A stretch of DNA of 64,000 bases. It comes from Vicugna vicugna (lineage: Eukaryota). The stretch lies in NCBI GenBank assembly GCA_013265495.1, contig MU058844.1:9444184-9508183 (forward strand). Reading direction: 5' to 3'. This document shows positions 62,818 to 64,000 of the stretch, piece by piece. The position numbers and the translations under genes are program-made. Position 1 is the stretch's first letter. Every line of letters starts with the position of its first letter. The notes beneath the pieces are model-generated. The model was not told the origin of the DNA. It saw only the letters and a program-made list of their open reading frames with translations, and made no database searches.

Positions 62818-64000
62818 GTATGACACTAAGATTTTAATAATACTTTTAATAATAATAATATTCTGCCATGTGTCTTATGACTAGAAAGCATGTCTTTTCC
62901 ACACAAAGTTAAGATTGTAACTACATCTTAGCCTTCTGTTTTTAACTGCTTAGACAGATGATAAAATATAGTCTGCTAAGTTCTTAAGTTAGAACCCATT
63001 AGGATTTATGCATTCATATATAAAACCAAATGTTAATCTTATGGTACCAATGAAGTGGCTGCCTCAGCAGTTGCCTGTGACATGTCGAAACTATGTAGTA
63101 GTCACATGAAACCATCTGGAAATTTAGGTAGAAATAGTCATGATTAATAGGAGCTGAGCTTTTCTTAAAAGAACACTCAACTGAATCTTTCACAGGTACA
63201 TCTGAAACAGTAACTTCCTAGTGACTAAAGGTATAGTAATCCAGACATTACTGTTTAGTGCAATAAATGGGAAATTGAACAGGTTGATATACCTTCAACA
63301 GATCTTTATAATGCTTTCCTCATTTGTGTGGTTTCAAAAAGCCTGAGGTGAATCACGTGTGTGTAAAATGACTATTTGAATTTCATGTTGCCTTGGGTGG
63401 AATTGACCAATTAATGAATTTCACTGGTTACAAGATAGTTCACTTAAGATATATATATACTACATTGTTTTATTCAGTAAGCCCATCGCGCCCTGCCTAT
63501 CAGATGCTAAATAACAATTTATCAATTACAACCTAAAGTCCATATATCCAGCATATTGTCCCTCTAGAAGTCCCCAGCAATGACTGGCAGAGAATTTGTT
63601 ATAGCAGAGGGCACACGCCTCTCAAGGGATGCTTGTATCAACCTCCCTTACTCTTTGAAACTCTACTTGTGGTTAATGCATATTTTATGCCTCAACAGTT
63701 CTAGTGTGAATTGTCACTAAGTGAAAAGGACTCATGTGACTGCAGTAGAGACATACAAAACCTCTCTCACTGCATATTTAACCCAGAGCCTACCCAGTGC
63801 GGTTAATATTTGGATTTTGCTGAGATTTGACTTAGACTGCTTGTGCTAAGTCTTTATCAAGTGAAGTTCACTACTTAATTTTTGTTTGTAATGAACACAG
63901 CTTAAGGAAATAGTCATAATTCTAGCTCTAAGGTTTAACGTCTGAGTTTGACTAAAGACTCAAAGGAAATTTCTCAAAGTGTATGAATTCTTGGCCATTG

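Noticed and set aside
62699..62884. 61-aa [13 protein letters not shown]... starting at the exon 2 acceptor
   Set aside because: Wrong frame of LIN7A exon 2; the ATG is formed by the split Asp codon plus the next base.

Overview
Mammalian genomic DNA, AT-rich and dense in repeats (L1, L2, MIR, CR1/L3, MaLR LTRs, MER DNA transposons). The style of the young L1 3'-end insertions suggests a cetartiodactyl, probably a camelid (recalled, not verified). The window holds the 5' end of LIN7A on the + strand: a CpG-island promoter, coding exon 1 (25602-25683), a 37-kb intron 1 and coding exon 2 (62699-62817), which splice in frame to the N-terminal 67 aa (L27 domain region). About 25 kb of upstream sequence has no recognisable exons. 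Intron 1 carries two notable passengers. The first is a diverged orthologue of the human MIR618 hairpin locus (about 27540-27639). The second is an antisense, 5'-truncated, frameshifted RHOD processed pseudogene (about 41343-41915) inserted into an L2. Despite its divergence it has kept about 45 CpGs and carries CTCF-, ETS- and SP/KLF-like motifs, so it is a candidate retrocopy-derived intronic CpG island or regulatory element. This is the most interesting item; I see no convincing evidence of a novel multi-gene system. Nearly all ORF-track entries are spurious. Gene and repeat-family identities are recognised from memory without database searches, and repeat boundaries are approximate.
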